IMG/VR virus record: IMGVR_UViG_3300005281_000069
Span: 3,985 to 67,984 of that record
Strand: one strand, 5' to 3'
Source: a virus
Length of the DNA: 64,000 nucleotides
The notes beneath the pieces are model-generated. The model did not search any database, had not been told where the DNA came from, and was given only the letters and a program-made list of their open reading frames with translations. The position numbers and the translations under genes are program-made. Below, piece by piece: positions 32,673-43,174 of this stretch (position 1 is its first letter; each line of letters opens with the position of its first letter).

Positions 32673-35393
32673 TTAATTTATCTTAACCCAAGACAACCCG
32701 TTTCCGTAATAAGTAGGTATGCTGTCTCTTAGGTCAGTACCGTCATGGTAAAATACGCTATCAAAACTGGTTAACAACCTAGTCCTAACACCCGAAATCC
32801 CCTTGCTAGGGGTGCATAGTTCGGTTTGGTATGTTCCGGTAAGTTCATCCCCACGCTGTAACACTAAAGTTCCAGACGGAAAACTTTTCCCCTGAAAAGC
32901 GTAGAATAAATGAACGTTAACAACACGATTGGAAATACTGTTAGTTTGACCTGTAATTAAGTGCAATTTCCCGTTAACAAATTCTTGCACATGGTAATAA
33001 TACTGCACAGCATTACTATCAGGTATGTCTATATTTATTTTAGAACTATAAGTGTTTGTTGCTATGTCATAAATTATCATATTCTTATTTTCAGAACCTC
33101 CACCACCAGTAATGTAAATTTTACCGTCAATTGCTGTTGCTCTCGCCAAACTTCTACCATTAGGAAGATAAGTAATAGAAGTACCTCCATCTAAAGTTAA
33201 TAAGTCATAATAAAATGCTGTGGTCGAGCTTCCATTACTACCTTCTCCTCCAAAACAGTAAGCCTTACCGTTGTACTCTGCAACAGCAGGATTTCTTCTC
33301 CCAAGTGATATATTACTTATAGTTCTCCAAGTATTTGTTGCTGGATTGTATGCTTTAGTTGTATAACCTTCAATAACAGACCTTGAACTAGAACCCCCGA
33401 AAGTAAATATTTCCCCGTAAGCATATACCACACTATGATCCGTAAGAGCACTAGGCAAACTTGCTATAGGGGTATAAGTGTTAGCATTAGGATCATATTT
33501 GTAACAATTTGTTGTAACACCTATTGAGGGAATAATACCTCCTATGATATATATATATCCACCTACAGAAATTGCTGCGGCATTAGCTATGTTAGAGGGG
33601 TAAGTAGCGATTTCAGTCCATACATTAGTCAATGTGTTGTATTTGTAGCAGTTATTAATAACACTATAGAAATTATTAGAAAAAAGTTGACCACCAAATA
33701 CAAATATATAGTCCCCTAAAACTGCGGAAGCTGCTCCAGTTACATAACCACTCCCGCTTGGTACTGGATATGGGGTCGCCCAAGTATAATTAAAACTACC
33801 CGCAACCCAAACATCCGGATCGTTTACAACGTTTGTTATTGGGTAATTACCTTCTAACCAAATACCTTCTTTCTTAAGCGGAGCAGTAGTCCCTGTGTAT
33901 ATATTAAGACTTCCTCCACTATCACCCCCTCCCTTAACTAAGATAAAATTTGTACCGTCGTATATAAAACTGTAAACGTTACCAGTTTTTCCTCCACTAA
34001 ATCTAGTTGACGAATCTTGATATAATGGTTTTGCTCCTAGTCCATTAACATTCAATGTAGGATTAGTTCCTGTATTTGTGTGTAGTTTGATTTTAACCTC
34101 CATTCCTGTATAAAGAGATGCAGGAGCAGGAGATAATGTTAACGTCAATGCAGTAGCTGTACCTGCTGTAACTCCATATCTAGTACGACTATCAATAGCA
34201 TTCATTACACGTGCTGGTGACATATCAGTAGTTGTATCAGTCCCTGCTACAGCTTGAGCTTGAGTAGATTGAGATCTATTTACTTGAGCACCAGAAGCTA
34301 TACCATTTAATTTTACTTTATCTGATGCACTCATAAAACCTGCTGTAGATGTAGTAGCTGCACTATGAGTATGATTAGAAGCGGCAGCATCAATAATTCC
34401 ATAACCACTTAATGTTGTCGGTTTACTGGTGATTTCACTCCATGCAACGTTGCTCCAAGAGATACTCCCTGCTGTACTTCCTGCTTTCAGCACCTTACCA
34501 TTATTACTCGTGCCAGTAGCAGGAACATGGAGATTACCATCACCAGTTGGATGTGAGTAATTATTAGCTCCAGCTGCAATACCATCTAACTTAGATTTAT
34601 CAGTAGGACTCATAAAACCTGCTGTAGATGTAGTAGCCACACTGTGAGTATGAGAACTATATGCAGCATCAGTAATTCCATAACCACCTAAAGTAGTAGG
34701 TTTACTAGTGATTTCACTCCATGCAATATTACCCCATGATAAAGAACCAGCAGTAGAACCTGCTTTAAGAACTTTGCCATTGTTGCTCGTGCCAGTAGCA
34801 GGAACATGGAGATTACCATCTCCAGTAGGGTGCGAATAAGATGAAGCTATAGTAATTTTTTTATTAGTAACATCTGGAGTCAATGTAATATTGTTACCTG
34901 CAACTAATGTTACAGAATCTGTTTTATTATTGGAAGAAATAGTAGTTGAACCTACTATTACATTACTAAAAGCATTTTGGTTTACTTCAGCTCCTGAAGC
35001 TATACCATTTAATTTAGTTTTATCACTACTGGACATCAAACCATTACTACTAGTAGTAGCTACATTAGTAGAAGCTTTTGAATTCCAATTTGATTTTTCT
35101 GTGTCTGTAACAAATCTATTGTTTGAATCTTGAGTAATTTTACTAGCTGGTAAAGAAGGTATATCATTAACTGATAAATTACTTCCACTAGTAACTAAGC
35201 CTTTGGCGTTAACTGTAACTTTAGTGTAAGTGCCAGCGGTTACTCCGCTGTTTTTAAGAGTTACAGTATTGCCATTATTGGTTACATCTCCACTAAGCGT
35301 AGGAATAGTAGTTACGGTTTCTGCGTGTTTAGCATCTAACTCTACCCATTGAGGAGAATATATTGAACCAACATTAATCTTTATTTTTGGCAT
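32673..35393 (-). CDS. Tail fibre-like protein with C-terminal Kelch beta-propeller
   Basis: Shared N-terminal module, duplicated YSHPTGDGNLHVPATG..GYGI.DAA repeat, Kelch repeats (IFVFGG..Y...W). Confidence 0.8.
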   Translation of the reverse strand: MPKIKINVGSIYSPQWVELDAKHAETVTTIPTLSGDVTNNGNTVTLKNSGVTAGTYTKVTVNAKGLVTSGSNLSVNDIPSLPASKITQDSNNRFVTDTEKSNWNSKASTNVATTSSNGLMSSSDKTKLNGIASGAEVNQNAFSNVIVGSTTISSNNKTDSVTLVAGNNITLTPDVTNKKITIASSYSHPTGDGNLHVPATGTSNNGKVLKAGSTAGSLSWGNIAWSEITSKPTTLGGYGITDAAYSSHTHSVATTSTAGFMSPTDKSKLDGIAAGANNYSHPTGDGNLHVPATGTSNNGKVLKAGSTAGSISWSNVAWSEITSKPTTLSGYGIIDAAASNHTHSAATTSTAGFMSASDKVKLNGIASGAQVNRSQSTQAQAVAGTDTTTDMSPARVMNAIDSRTRYGVTAGTATALTLTLSPAPASLYTGMEVKIKLHTNTGTNPTLNVNGLGAKPLYQDSSTRFSGGKTGNVYSFIYDGTNFILVKGGGDSGGSLNIYTGTTAPLKKEGIWLEGNYPITNVVNDPDVWVAGSFNYTWATPYPVPSGSGYVTGAASAVLGDYIFVFGGQLFSNNFYSVINNCYKYNTLTNVWTEIATYPSNIANAAAISVGGYIYIIGGIIPSIGVTTNCYKYDPNANTYTPIASLPSALTDHSVVYAYGEIFTFGGSSSRSVIEGYTTKAYNPATNTWRTISNISLGRRNPAVAEYNGKAYCFGGEGSNGSSTTAFYYDLLTLDGGTSITYLPNGRSLARATAIDGKIYITGGGGSENKNMIIYDIATNTYSSKINIDIPDSNAVQYYYHVQEFVNGKLHLITGQTNSISNRVVNVHLFYAFQGKSFPSGTLVLQRGDELTGTYQTELCTPSKGISGVRTRLLTSFDSVFYHDGTDLRDSIPTYYGNGLSWVKIN

Positions 35394-35562
35394 CGCGTTT
35401 CCCCCTTAAGATGTTATTACTTTTTTTCATTTTGATATTCAATTTTCTATATTAATATCTTTTCAAAACACATTAAATATGACTTTTGTTGTACTATACT
35501 ATAGTTAATTAATACGCATCGATTAACTTTTTTATAACATAATATACAAAAGTCATATTAAA

Positions 35563-37821
35563 TTAATTCAGTCTTATTAATTGGTACTGATTACCTGCTA
35601 TTTCAATTGTCGGAGGATAAGTTCCATCAACAATACTTATTTTATAAAATTGTTCCCCATTAATACTTAAAGCTTCAACCCCAGATTCTGAACCAAAAAC
35701 ATTTCCGCTAAATGTAAAGACGTGTGTCGCTTGTGGAGATTTAGCAGAAAAAGCAACACTAGAACCTATTCTATCGATATCACAAGATGAACCATATCCA
35801 TCCATAACATTTGATACAAATGTTATAGTCATTGGGCTTGTTTTAGACACCTTTAAGATAACATTTCTATTACCAGATAATCCACGGTGAGTTATCGTTA
35901 TTAAGCCACCTTGGTTAATATCATAATAAAATGCCATATCTCTTTCATTGGCGAATTCTATAAGTCCACCTTCTTCATGCATCGTTATAGCATACTCACC
36001 ATACCAATGAACAGAAGATGCACCATTAAAATATCCAACTTGAACTTTGTTATCATGCCATACAGCGAAATAACCATTATTTATTGGTGAAAACATTATT
36101 TTATATATGCTTCTATTAGCGGGCGCTGTATATCTATTAAAGTACGACAAATTAGTAAGGGTCGTTGATCTAAAATGATATATGTTACTAGATGAACTGT
36201 CAACTCCAACAAACAAATGCAAGCTATCTGGAGAAAACGCAACAGTATACGCAGATGCATTCAAAGCATAATCCACAATTTGAGAATAAGTTGAATCATT
36301 AATTCTTCTAAATGCAAAAACCTTATGTGTTCCATTATCACGACAAACGTAAGCTATAAATCTACCATCTGGAGAGCATGCTATGTCAAACAATGAAATA
36401 TATGGAGTTGATGATAATTCTTGCAATAATATAGTATCACCTTGACCTAAAGAACGATAATTTAAGATTCCATCATGAGAAACTGACATCGCTTTAATAT
36501 GGATAGTATTTGATGCAACTTCTTCAGTAAACACTATCAAGTTTTCATGAACCCAAGCTAATCTATGAGTTTTTCCAGTTGTAACTACATGAGACGCTAT
36601 TTCCCAACCTTCACCTTTTCTTCTGTAAACCTCAATTAGTTTATTATTGTAGTGTTCTGAATATGCTATTGCCATTAATCCTCCACTTGGAGAATATCTT
36701 ACACATGAAGGAATTCTAGTTCCAGAACCAACTTTTGCTCCTCCAGGGTGAGGTTGAGCTGCTAAAGGGATTATTGGACCGTCCAATTCAACCATAATAC
36801 TTTTTGTAACATCTTGAAGAGTACCTACTATTCCACCGACATTAACTCCAGCTTTAATATTTTCTGCAGTTAAATTTGAGATATTAGCTGTAACTTTACC
36901 ACTTCCATTGTGGTAACCGGCTGGAATTGTATAAGTTCCACCTTGATTAGTAATGGTAGTATCTAAAGCTCCTCTATTAGCCATAGTGCCAGTTATTTTA
37001 TTTCCATTTACATAACCACTATATCCTGATAATATCTGAGCTGCAGTAGCATTAGCATCTGAAGTAAACGAACCAACAACTCCACCTACGCTAACTCCCG
37101 CCTTAACATTAGCGGCAGTTAAATTTGTTATATTGGCTGTTACTCTACCACTTCCATCATGATAACCATTAGTTATTACCCACGATTGTCCATTGTTAGT
37201 TAATATTTGATTAATTGACCCACGGTTTGGCATAGTACCAGTCTTTTTTGACCCACCTTGGTAAAATGTTTTACCAGTTAAGACATCGCCAACTGCTGCT
37301 GTAGCATCGCTAGATATGTTAGATATTTTAGTAGCTAAGCTGCTAAACGTTTCACTTCCAGAAGCATCTTGTCCCATGCCAGTAATAGCCGATGCTATAC
37401 TGTTTTTTCCATTACTGGCAAATTGAAAAACCTCATTTATAGCTGAAACAACATTTGTTTTATTTGTTGTCAACAACGAACTCAATGATCCAATATTACT
37501 AGAATATGAATTCCATGTTGTTTTTTCAGCATCACTTACAAATCTATTGCTTGAATCTTGAGTAATTTTACTAGCTGGTAAAGAAGGTATATCATTAACT
37601 GATAAATTACTTCCACTAGTAACTAAGCCTTTGGCATTAACTGTAACTTTAGTGTAAGTGCCAGCGGTTACTCCGCTGTTTTTTAATGTTACAGTATTAC
37701 CATTATTAGTTACATCACCGTTAAGCGTTGGTATAGTAGTAACTGTTTCTGCATGTTTAGCGTCTAATTCTATCCATTGCGGAGAATCGGGAGTGCCTAT
37801 ATTGATTTTTAATTTTGGCAT
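35563..37821 (-). CDS. Tail fibre-like protein with C-terminal beta-propeller
   Basis: Shared N-terminal module (MPKLKINIG), L.T..K.N.V.AINE motif, GTM.NRG..GYH.GSG repeats, SPDG-type blades. Confidence 0.75.
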   Translation of the reverse strand: MPKLKINIGTPDSPQWIELDAKHAETVTTIPTLNGDVTNNGNTVTLKNSGVTAGTYTKVTVNAKGLVTSGSNLSVNDIPSLPASKITQDSSNRFVSDAEKTTWNSYSSNIGSLSSLLTTNKTNVVSAINEVFQFASNGKNSIASAITGMGQDASGSETFSSLATKISNISSDATAAVGDVLTGKTFYQGGSKKTGTMPNRGSINQILTNNGQSWVITNGYHDGSGRVTANITNLTAANVKAGVSVGGVVGSFTSDANATAAQILSGYSGYVNGNKITGTMANRGALDTTITNQGGTYTIPAGYHNGSGKVTANISNLTAENIKAGVNVGGIVGTLQDVTKSIMVELDGPIIPLAAQPHPGGAKVGSGTRIPSCVRYSPSGGLMAIAYSEHYNNKLIEVYRRKGEGWEIASHVVTTGKTHRLAWVHENLIVFTEEVASNTIHIKAMSVSHDGILNYRSLGQGDTILLQELSSTPYISLFDIACSPDGRFIAYVCRDNGTHKVFAFRRINDSTYSQIVDYALNASAYTVAFSPDSLHLFVGVDSSSSNIYHFRSTTLTNLSYFNRYTAPANRSIYKIMFSPINNGYFAVWHDNKVQVGYFNGASSVHWYGEYAITMHEEGGLIEFANERDMAFYYDINQGGLITITHRGLSGNRNVILKVSKTSPMTITFVSNVMDGYGSSCDIDRIGSSVAFSAKSPQATHVFTFSGNVFGSESGVEALSINGEQFYKISIVDGTYPPTIEIAGNQYQLIRLN

Positions 37822-37908
37822 AATTATCACCTTTTTTATAAAATATGTCAATTATGTAAATATCATAAAAATTAATATATAAAAAAGAACTATTAATAAA
37901 AAAATCAA

Positions 37909-38484
37909 CTATTTAGTAGTTGATTTTTTACTTTTTCTTTTAGTTTTTGATTTTTTTTCTATTTCTTGTCCATTCATTAAGTATAATGTATAAGCTGCAC
38001 TAATACTGTCAGTAATATCATTATTAAATTCTTTTGTAAATGAATTTACTCCAAAAATTTCTATTATTTTTCTTTCAACTTCTTTTTTCATTTCCAATCC
38101 ATTCTTTTTACTTCCATCTTCTTTTTTTGTTTTTATTCCACCTAGTGTTTTTGATTTTATAGTCATTATAGAATAATAACGATGTGGTATATTTTTTTTT
38201 GCTAATGCCAATAATACAACACCATGAGCGTTAGCTAAAGTCATTCCAGTACCAGCATTTTTACCAACAAACATTTGTTCAATACTTGCATAATTAGGTT
38301 TGTATTTCTCTATAACTTGCGTTATTTTTTCATCTATTTTAATTAAACTATCAGAATGATTAAGTTTCTCAGTAGGTATATAACCATAATCAATCAATTT
38401 TAACTCATTATCTATAACTTTTATTATTGACCAACCAGTAGAAACTTTTGAAATATCTATGCCTAAAATTGTACAGTTTTCCAT
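37909..38484 (-). CDS. ruvC: RuvC Holliday junction resolvase
   Basis: ILGID..STGW, IEQ, L..AHGV and D.TDS.SAA. Confidence 0.85.
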   Translation of the reverse strand: MENCTILGIDISKVSTGWSIIKVIDNELKLIDYGYIPTEKLNHSDSLIKIDEKITQVIEKYKPNYASIEQMFVGKNAGTGMTLANAHGVVLLALAKKNIPHRYYSIMTIKSKTLGGIKTKKEDGSKKNGLEMKKEVERKIIEIFGVNSFTKEFNNDITDSISAAYTLYLMNGQEIEKKSKTKRKSKKSTTK

Positions 38485-38573
38485 TTATTATCCCTCCGTA
38501 TTATTAAATAAGAATACATTGAGATAAAAGAATACTTATATATAAATACATAAAAATAACTCATTTAAATGAG

Positions 38574-39041
38574 TTATTTAAATGAGTTAATGTGATGTTT
38601 ATATACTTCTAAATCATAAATGACCTCAGTAATTAATTGTTGAGTTCCATAATCATTAGTTGATTTTTCAGCAGAATCTTTTAAATTATCAATAACAATA
38701 TTAAATTGTTTTATTAATTTATCTATTATTTCATTCATAGTTACAGAAGTTTGAATAAAATATTTAACATCAGAATTTTTCTCAACAACATTTGGTTCAT
38801 ATTCTGGAATAAACCCTAAAAAAACCAACCTTTCTGCTATTAAATCTATTTTACTATTAACTAAATCTGAAATTTCATCTAAAAATCTATGATTTGAAAT
38901 ATAATTTTCTCCATTAACAATCCAATGATAAAACTTAACTTGTCTATATAATATATCTAAAGAACAAAGAGATTTATACAATGAATTGTTTAAGTTTTCA
39001 TTATTTGATGACATTATTATTTTTTTTCTCAATCTTTTCAT
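38574..39041 (-). CDS. dps: Dps/ferritin-like DNA protection protein
   Basis: YHW.V.G..Y...H.FLDE...D.IAER and DYGT. Confidence 0.85.
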   Translation of the reverse strand: MKRLRKKIIMSSNNENLNNSLYKSLCSLDILYRQVKFYHWIVNGENYISNHRFLDEISDLVNSKIDLIAERLVFLGFIPEYEPNVVEKNSDVKYFIQTSVTMNEIIDKLIKQFNIVIDNLKDSAEKSTNDYGTQQLITEVIYDLEVYKHHINSFK

Positions 39042-39138
39042 AAAATATATCTCCTTTTTTATTTTAATTTTAAATAAAAAAGAATTTAATTTTTATTTTA
39101 TCAAAAAGAATTAATTATTTAGAATTAAATTTAATTGT

Positions 39139-39895
39139 TCATGAGTTATCCATTTTTTTGAACGGATTTTTGTAATTCAATTTCATTATGAAATATAGAC
39201 ATTTACTCAATATAATATTATTTGAAATATGAGAATATTTTTCAAAATGTTCTTTTTTAGTAATATCTATCCATTCTACCCATGTTCCATTAAATCTTCT
39301 TCTCTCTTTTTGTTTATATGTTGTTACACATACAACTCTTTGTATAAGATATTTTTGGTTGTGAACTATAACTTCCCCCATCCACCATTCGGACGTAGGA
39401 GCATCTAATACCCCTACGTCCCATATAAGTTCCAGATTCAATTGCTAAATTCCAATCAGTTATCATTGTGCAAACTTTACCATATCTATTAATTAAGCTG
39501 TCTAAATTGCTTTTATCGTTACTGGACATCAAGCCATTACTACTAGTAGTAGCTACATTAGTAGAAGCTTTTGAATTCCAATTTGATTTTTCTGTGTCAG
39601 TAACAAATCTATTACTATAATCTTGAGTAATTTTATTAGCTAGTAAAGAAGGTATATCACTAGCAGATAAACTGCTTCCTGATGTAACTATACCTTTGAT
39701 ATTTACTGTAACTTTAGTGTAAGTACCAGCTGTTACTCCGCTGTTTTTAAGAGTTACAGTATTGCCATTATTAGTTACATCTCCGTTAAGAGTTGGTATA
39801 GTAGTAACTGTTTCAGCAAGTTTATCATCTAATTCTATCCATTGAGGAGAATCGGGAGTGCCTATATTGATTTTTAATTTTAGCCATTTTATCAT
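39139..39895 (-). pseudogene. Frameshifted short fibre with pyocin-knob-like C-terminus
   Basis: Shared N-terminal module; TDWNLAIESGTYMG continues after a frameshift near 39420 as APTSEWW.G.V..HN..Y..Q..GTW..W. Confidence 0.65.
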
Positions 39896-40026
39896 CTTCT
39901 TTTAAAATATTAATGTAATAAATTAATTAATTACATTAATATAAATAACTTTCATCATATAAAATATAATGTTTATATATTTTATTAAAAATTATAAAAA
40001 ATAAAAGGCTAATCAGCCTTTTATTT

Positions 40027-41568
40027 TTAATATACTATTATACCATTACTATCTACCCAATTAGTTCCATTAAACCAAATTGGCTTTCCAATACTGGTAT
40101 CAAAAATGCCGCTTCCAACTTTTGCAATACTTGGAGGAACATTTGGTCTAACGGAAGCAAATAATTCATCGTTTATATATACTTCTCTAGTTCCAAAATT
40201 AGGATCTCTATCATTAGGTGATGGGTCAGGTTTCCATATTATTTTAATATTACAATCGCCAATTGTTCTCTCAAATAAAGCAAAATTTGTACCATTTAAG
40301 GAGCTTGATTTTAATTTTCCATTATTCATATTTAGTACTGGTGGCATTTTAGGTATTTGAAATGGATTTTGTATTGAGTTTGAATAACCAGAGTAACTCA
40401 CAGAATAAACATCAAATCCTAAACCTATACTTATAGCATAACAAAAATTGAATATATTTTGATCTTCAGTTGGGAAAACATCCAAAGCCCATGCTTTTGT
40501 TCCAAAATGTTCTTTATAAGTTTTTCCACCGTATTCACTTCTTGGAGTTTCATAATAATATGCTGCTTCTCTAAATCTACTATTTGACGAAGCTCTGAAT
40601 GTGTTATCACTATTCTTAGTAAAAAACATACTTTCAAACATAATATAATCGTTGCTATTAAGTTTTGATTCTAAATTATTAGGATTTCCATTAAAATCAA
40701 GCCAGTCTAAATATACATTTGTTGGAGAAAAAGCATATTCTACACCATATGAATTTGCAACAACATTAAATCCTTTATTGTGACAATAATCAACACATTC
40801 ATTTTGTCTTTCTCTAGTAACTAAATAATCATATCCAAATTCATCCAAAAATATACCAGTTACACCCATATCTTGCCATAAATCAATTCTATATTTAATT
40901 TCTTCAATTGGTAAATTTGAACCTGTAATATTTTTATCTTGACCTATAGGGACGTATCCAAAAATTTCAATATCTTTTTTAATATCTTTTAACAATGATA
41001 TAATTTGTTTTGTTTTAGTGTGATCGCTGTGAGTACTAAATTGCAATCCATCCCCAATTACTATTTTATCATAAACTTGAAAATGTTCAACAGCTCTATT
41101 TACATTACCATTTGAGTTATTTAAACTTGATGGATAACCATAATAAACCAATCCTCTTTTTAACAATGAATTCATATTAGTATAATATGAACCATAAGGG
41201 ATATCTGAATTTCTTATATCAGTTAATATCTTTTTAAAAGATAATTCCGTTTCTCCTAAAATATGAGGTCCGTTATAAGGTAAAGCAATCCAAAAAGTAT
41301 CTTTATTTTGTTCTCCATCAGTGACATAAAAAATAAAATCAGATAGAATTTCATAGTTTGTATCATAATCTTCAGCTCTTATCCAATTTGATTCAGAACA
41401 AATATATACTCCATTTTCTGTTTTGTCATTTTGGTCTTTAACAAACACTCTATCTCCATTTAACAACAAGACAGAATCAATAGTTTGAATTCCAAACAAA
41501 TTAATGTTTTCTGTCGTAGCAACTTTCGTTATAATAGTTGAATTATTCATTTTTCTTATTATCGGCAT
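40027..41568 (-). CDS. Virion-module protein fused to a putative glycoside hydrolase TIM barrel
   Basis: N-terminal VATTENI.L.G..GDRVFVKDQ module, central GVTGIFLDEFGYD, C-terminal FDTSIGKPIWF.G..W.D. Confidence 0.55.
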   Translation of the reverse strand: MPIIRKMNNSTIITKVATTENINLFGIQTIDSVLLLNGDRVFVKDQNDKTENGVYICSESNWIRAEDYDTNYEILSDFIFYVTDGEQNKDTFWIALPYNGPHILGETELSFKKILTDIRNSDIPYGSYYTNMNSLLKRGLVYYGYPSSLNNSNGNVNRAVEHFQVYDKIVIGDGLQFSTHSDHTKTKQIISLLKDIKKDIEIFGYVPIGQDKNITGSNLPIEEIKYRIDLWQDMGVTGIFLDEFGYDYLVTRERQNECVDYCHNKGFNVVANSYGVEYAFSPTNVYLDWLDFNGNPNNLESKLNSNDYIMFESMFFTKNSDNTFRASSNSRFREAAYYYETPRSEYGGKTYKEHFGTKAWALDVFPTEDQNIFNFCYAISIGLGFDVYSVSYSGYSNSIQNPFQIPKMPPVLNMNNGKLKSSSLNGTNFALFERTIGDCNIKIIWKPDPSPNDRDPNFGTREVYINDELFASVRPNVPPSIAKVGSGIFDTSIGKPIWFNGTNWVDSNGIIVY

Positions 41569-41705
41569 TTTATTTCCTCCATTTACATATTATTACAATT
41601 ATGTAAATAACATAAAATTTAAGTGTTAAAAAAGAATATTGATACTTATTTTTCATAAAAAAAGCTCTCTAATTAGGAAGCTTTTTAATAACATTGCAAA
41701 TTAAA

Positions 41706-42090
41706 TTAAGAAATATCAATCCATATTTCATATTGTGCTGGAGAAGTTGGAGCAGTAGCGGAAATAACATAAGGTTTGTTCCATCTTGTTTTTTCCGCAT
41801 CAGTAACAAATCTGTTACTAGAATCTTGAGTAATTTTACTTGCTAGAATTGCCGGTATATCACTAGCTGATAATAAACTCCCACTAGTAACTAAACCCTT
41901 AGCATTAACTGTAACTTTAGGATAAGTGCCAGCGGTTACTCCGCTGTTTTTTAATGTTACAGTATTACCATTATTAGTTACATCACCACTAAGAGTTTGT
42001 ATGGTGGTAACAGTGTCTACATGTTTAGCATCTAATTCTATCCATTGCGGAGACTCAGTTGTCCCCCATATTAATCTTCATTTTTGGCAT
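41706..42090 (-). pseudogene. Short copy of the shared fibre module, frameshifted in a G5 run
   Basis: ATG CCA AAA ATG AAG ATT AAT ATG GGG G|ACA ACT GAG TCT CCG CAA TGG; the remainder is open to IWIDIS*. Confidence 0.75.
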
Positions 42091-42167
42091 AATTATCACC
42101 TTTTTTTATAAAATTAATTTCATTATTAATAGTGAAATTATTAGATACAATATATTAAAAAATAAAA

Positions 42168-43025
42168 TTAATTACTTGTATCTATCCATAAAGAAAATTT
42201 TTCTAATTTTGTTGGTGCAGATGAAGAAACATGATAAGGATAATTCCATCTTTCTTTTTCTTCTTCTGTAACAAATTTTCTAGTTGAAGTTTCAATAATC
42301 ATATCAGTTGAATGAGTTTCTGTGTGAACATAATAATTAGCATTTTCTTCAATATTATCTAATTTTATTTTATCAAAATTTGAAATCAAACCATTTTCTT
42401 CATACGAAGATAATTTGTTTTCAGCTTTGTTATTCCAAAATATTTTTTCTTCGTCTGTAACAAATCTATTGTTACTATCTTGATTTATTTTTTCTGGAGT
42501 TAGTTGAGGAATATCATTAATATCTAATGAATCTCCAGATACTACAATTCCTTTTTCATTTACAGTTAATTTAGTGTATGTTCCAGAATTTGTTGTATCT
42601 TTTAAATTTATAAGTCCATTTTCATCTTTTTCTATACAACTATTTTCATCTACAAAAATATCATTGGTAATTTTTTTGAAATAAATTTCATCTCTATCAA
42701 TTAATAAATCTTTGTTTGAATCAGACAGCAATATCTAAAAAGTTTCTTTATTTATAACTTCATCAGATACATAAAATATTAAACCTATAGATAATTCGGA
42801 GTTTTCATCATAAAAAGTTAATCTAACTCAGTCTGAATTAGTAACAGTATATACCCCATTTAGAGTTTTATCTATTTGATCTTTTACCAAAACAACATCA
42901 TTTTCTGACAGTAAAACTCCATCCACGACTTGAATTCCATGTAAAACTATATTGTTGTTAGTCGCGACTCTTATGTTTTGTTTAACATCTCTTTTTGTTC
43001 TAACTACTCCTACACCCACATTCAT
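42168..43025 (-). pseudogene. Fibre-module gene with two in-frame stops at Trp positions
   Basis: ORFs 42828..43025 and 42168..42731 are in one frame; TGA 42828-30 and TAG 42735-37 align to W in paralog 40027..41568. Confidence 0.75.
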
Positions 43026-43174
43026 CTACCTTCTCTTATATAATGTGTACAAAAAAATATATAAATATACAATTATTTTTTATTTCAAATATATAATTTG
43101 ATATATAAATAAAAAAAGTAACTTTAATTTAAAGTTACTTTTTTATTTATAATTTATTTCATTTTATATATTTA

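Noticed and set aside
34891..42111. Plus-strand ORFs such as 34891..35133, 37658..37882 and 41926..42111 that resemble each other
   Set aside because: They are antisense shadows of the repeated minus-strand fibre module.
32673..42731. Diversity-generating retroelement or invertible shufflon behind the fibre repeats
   Set aside because: No reverse transcriptase or invertase in the window; the repeats are N-terminal, all in direct orientation, and not visibly adenine-specific in their differences.
42168..43025. Alternative genetic code or stop-codon reassignment suggested by TGA/TAG at Trp positions
   Set aside because: In-frame TAA stops and frameshifts also occur, TAG and TGA terminate intact genes (for example 17788 and 22319), and core genes need no readthrough. 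Mutation is the simpler explanation.
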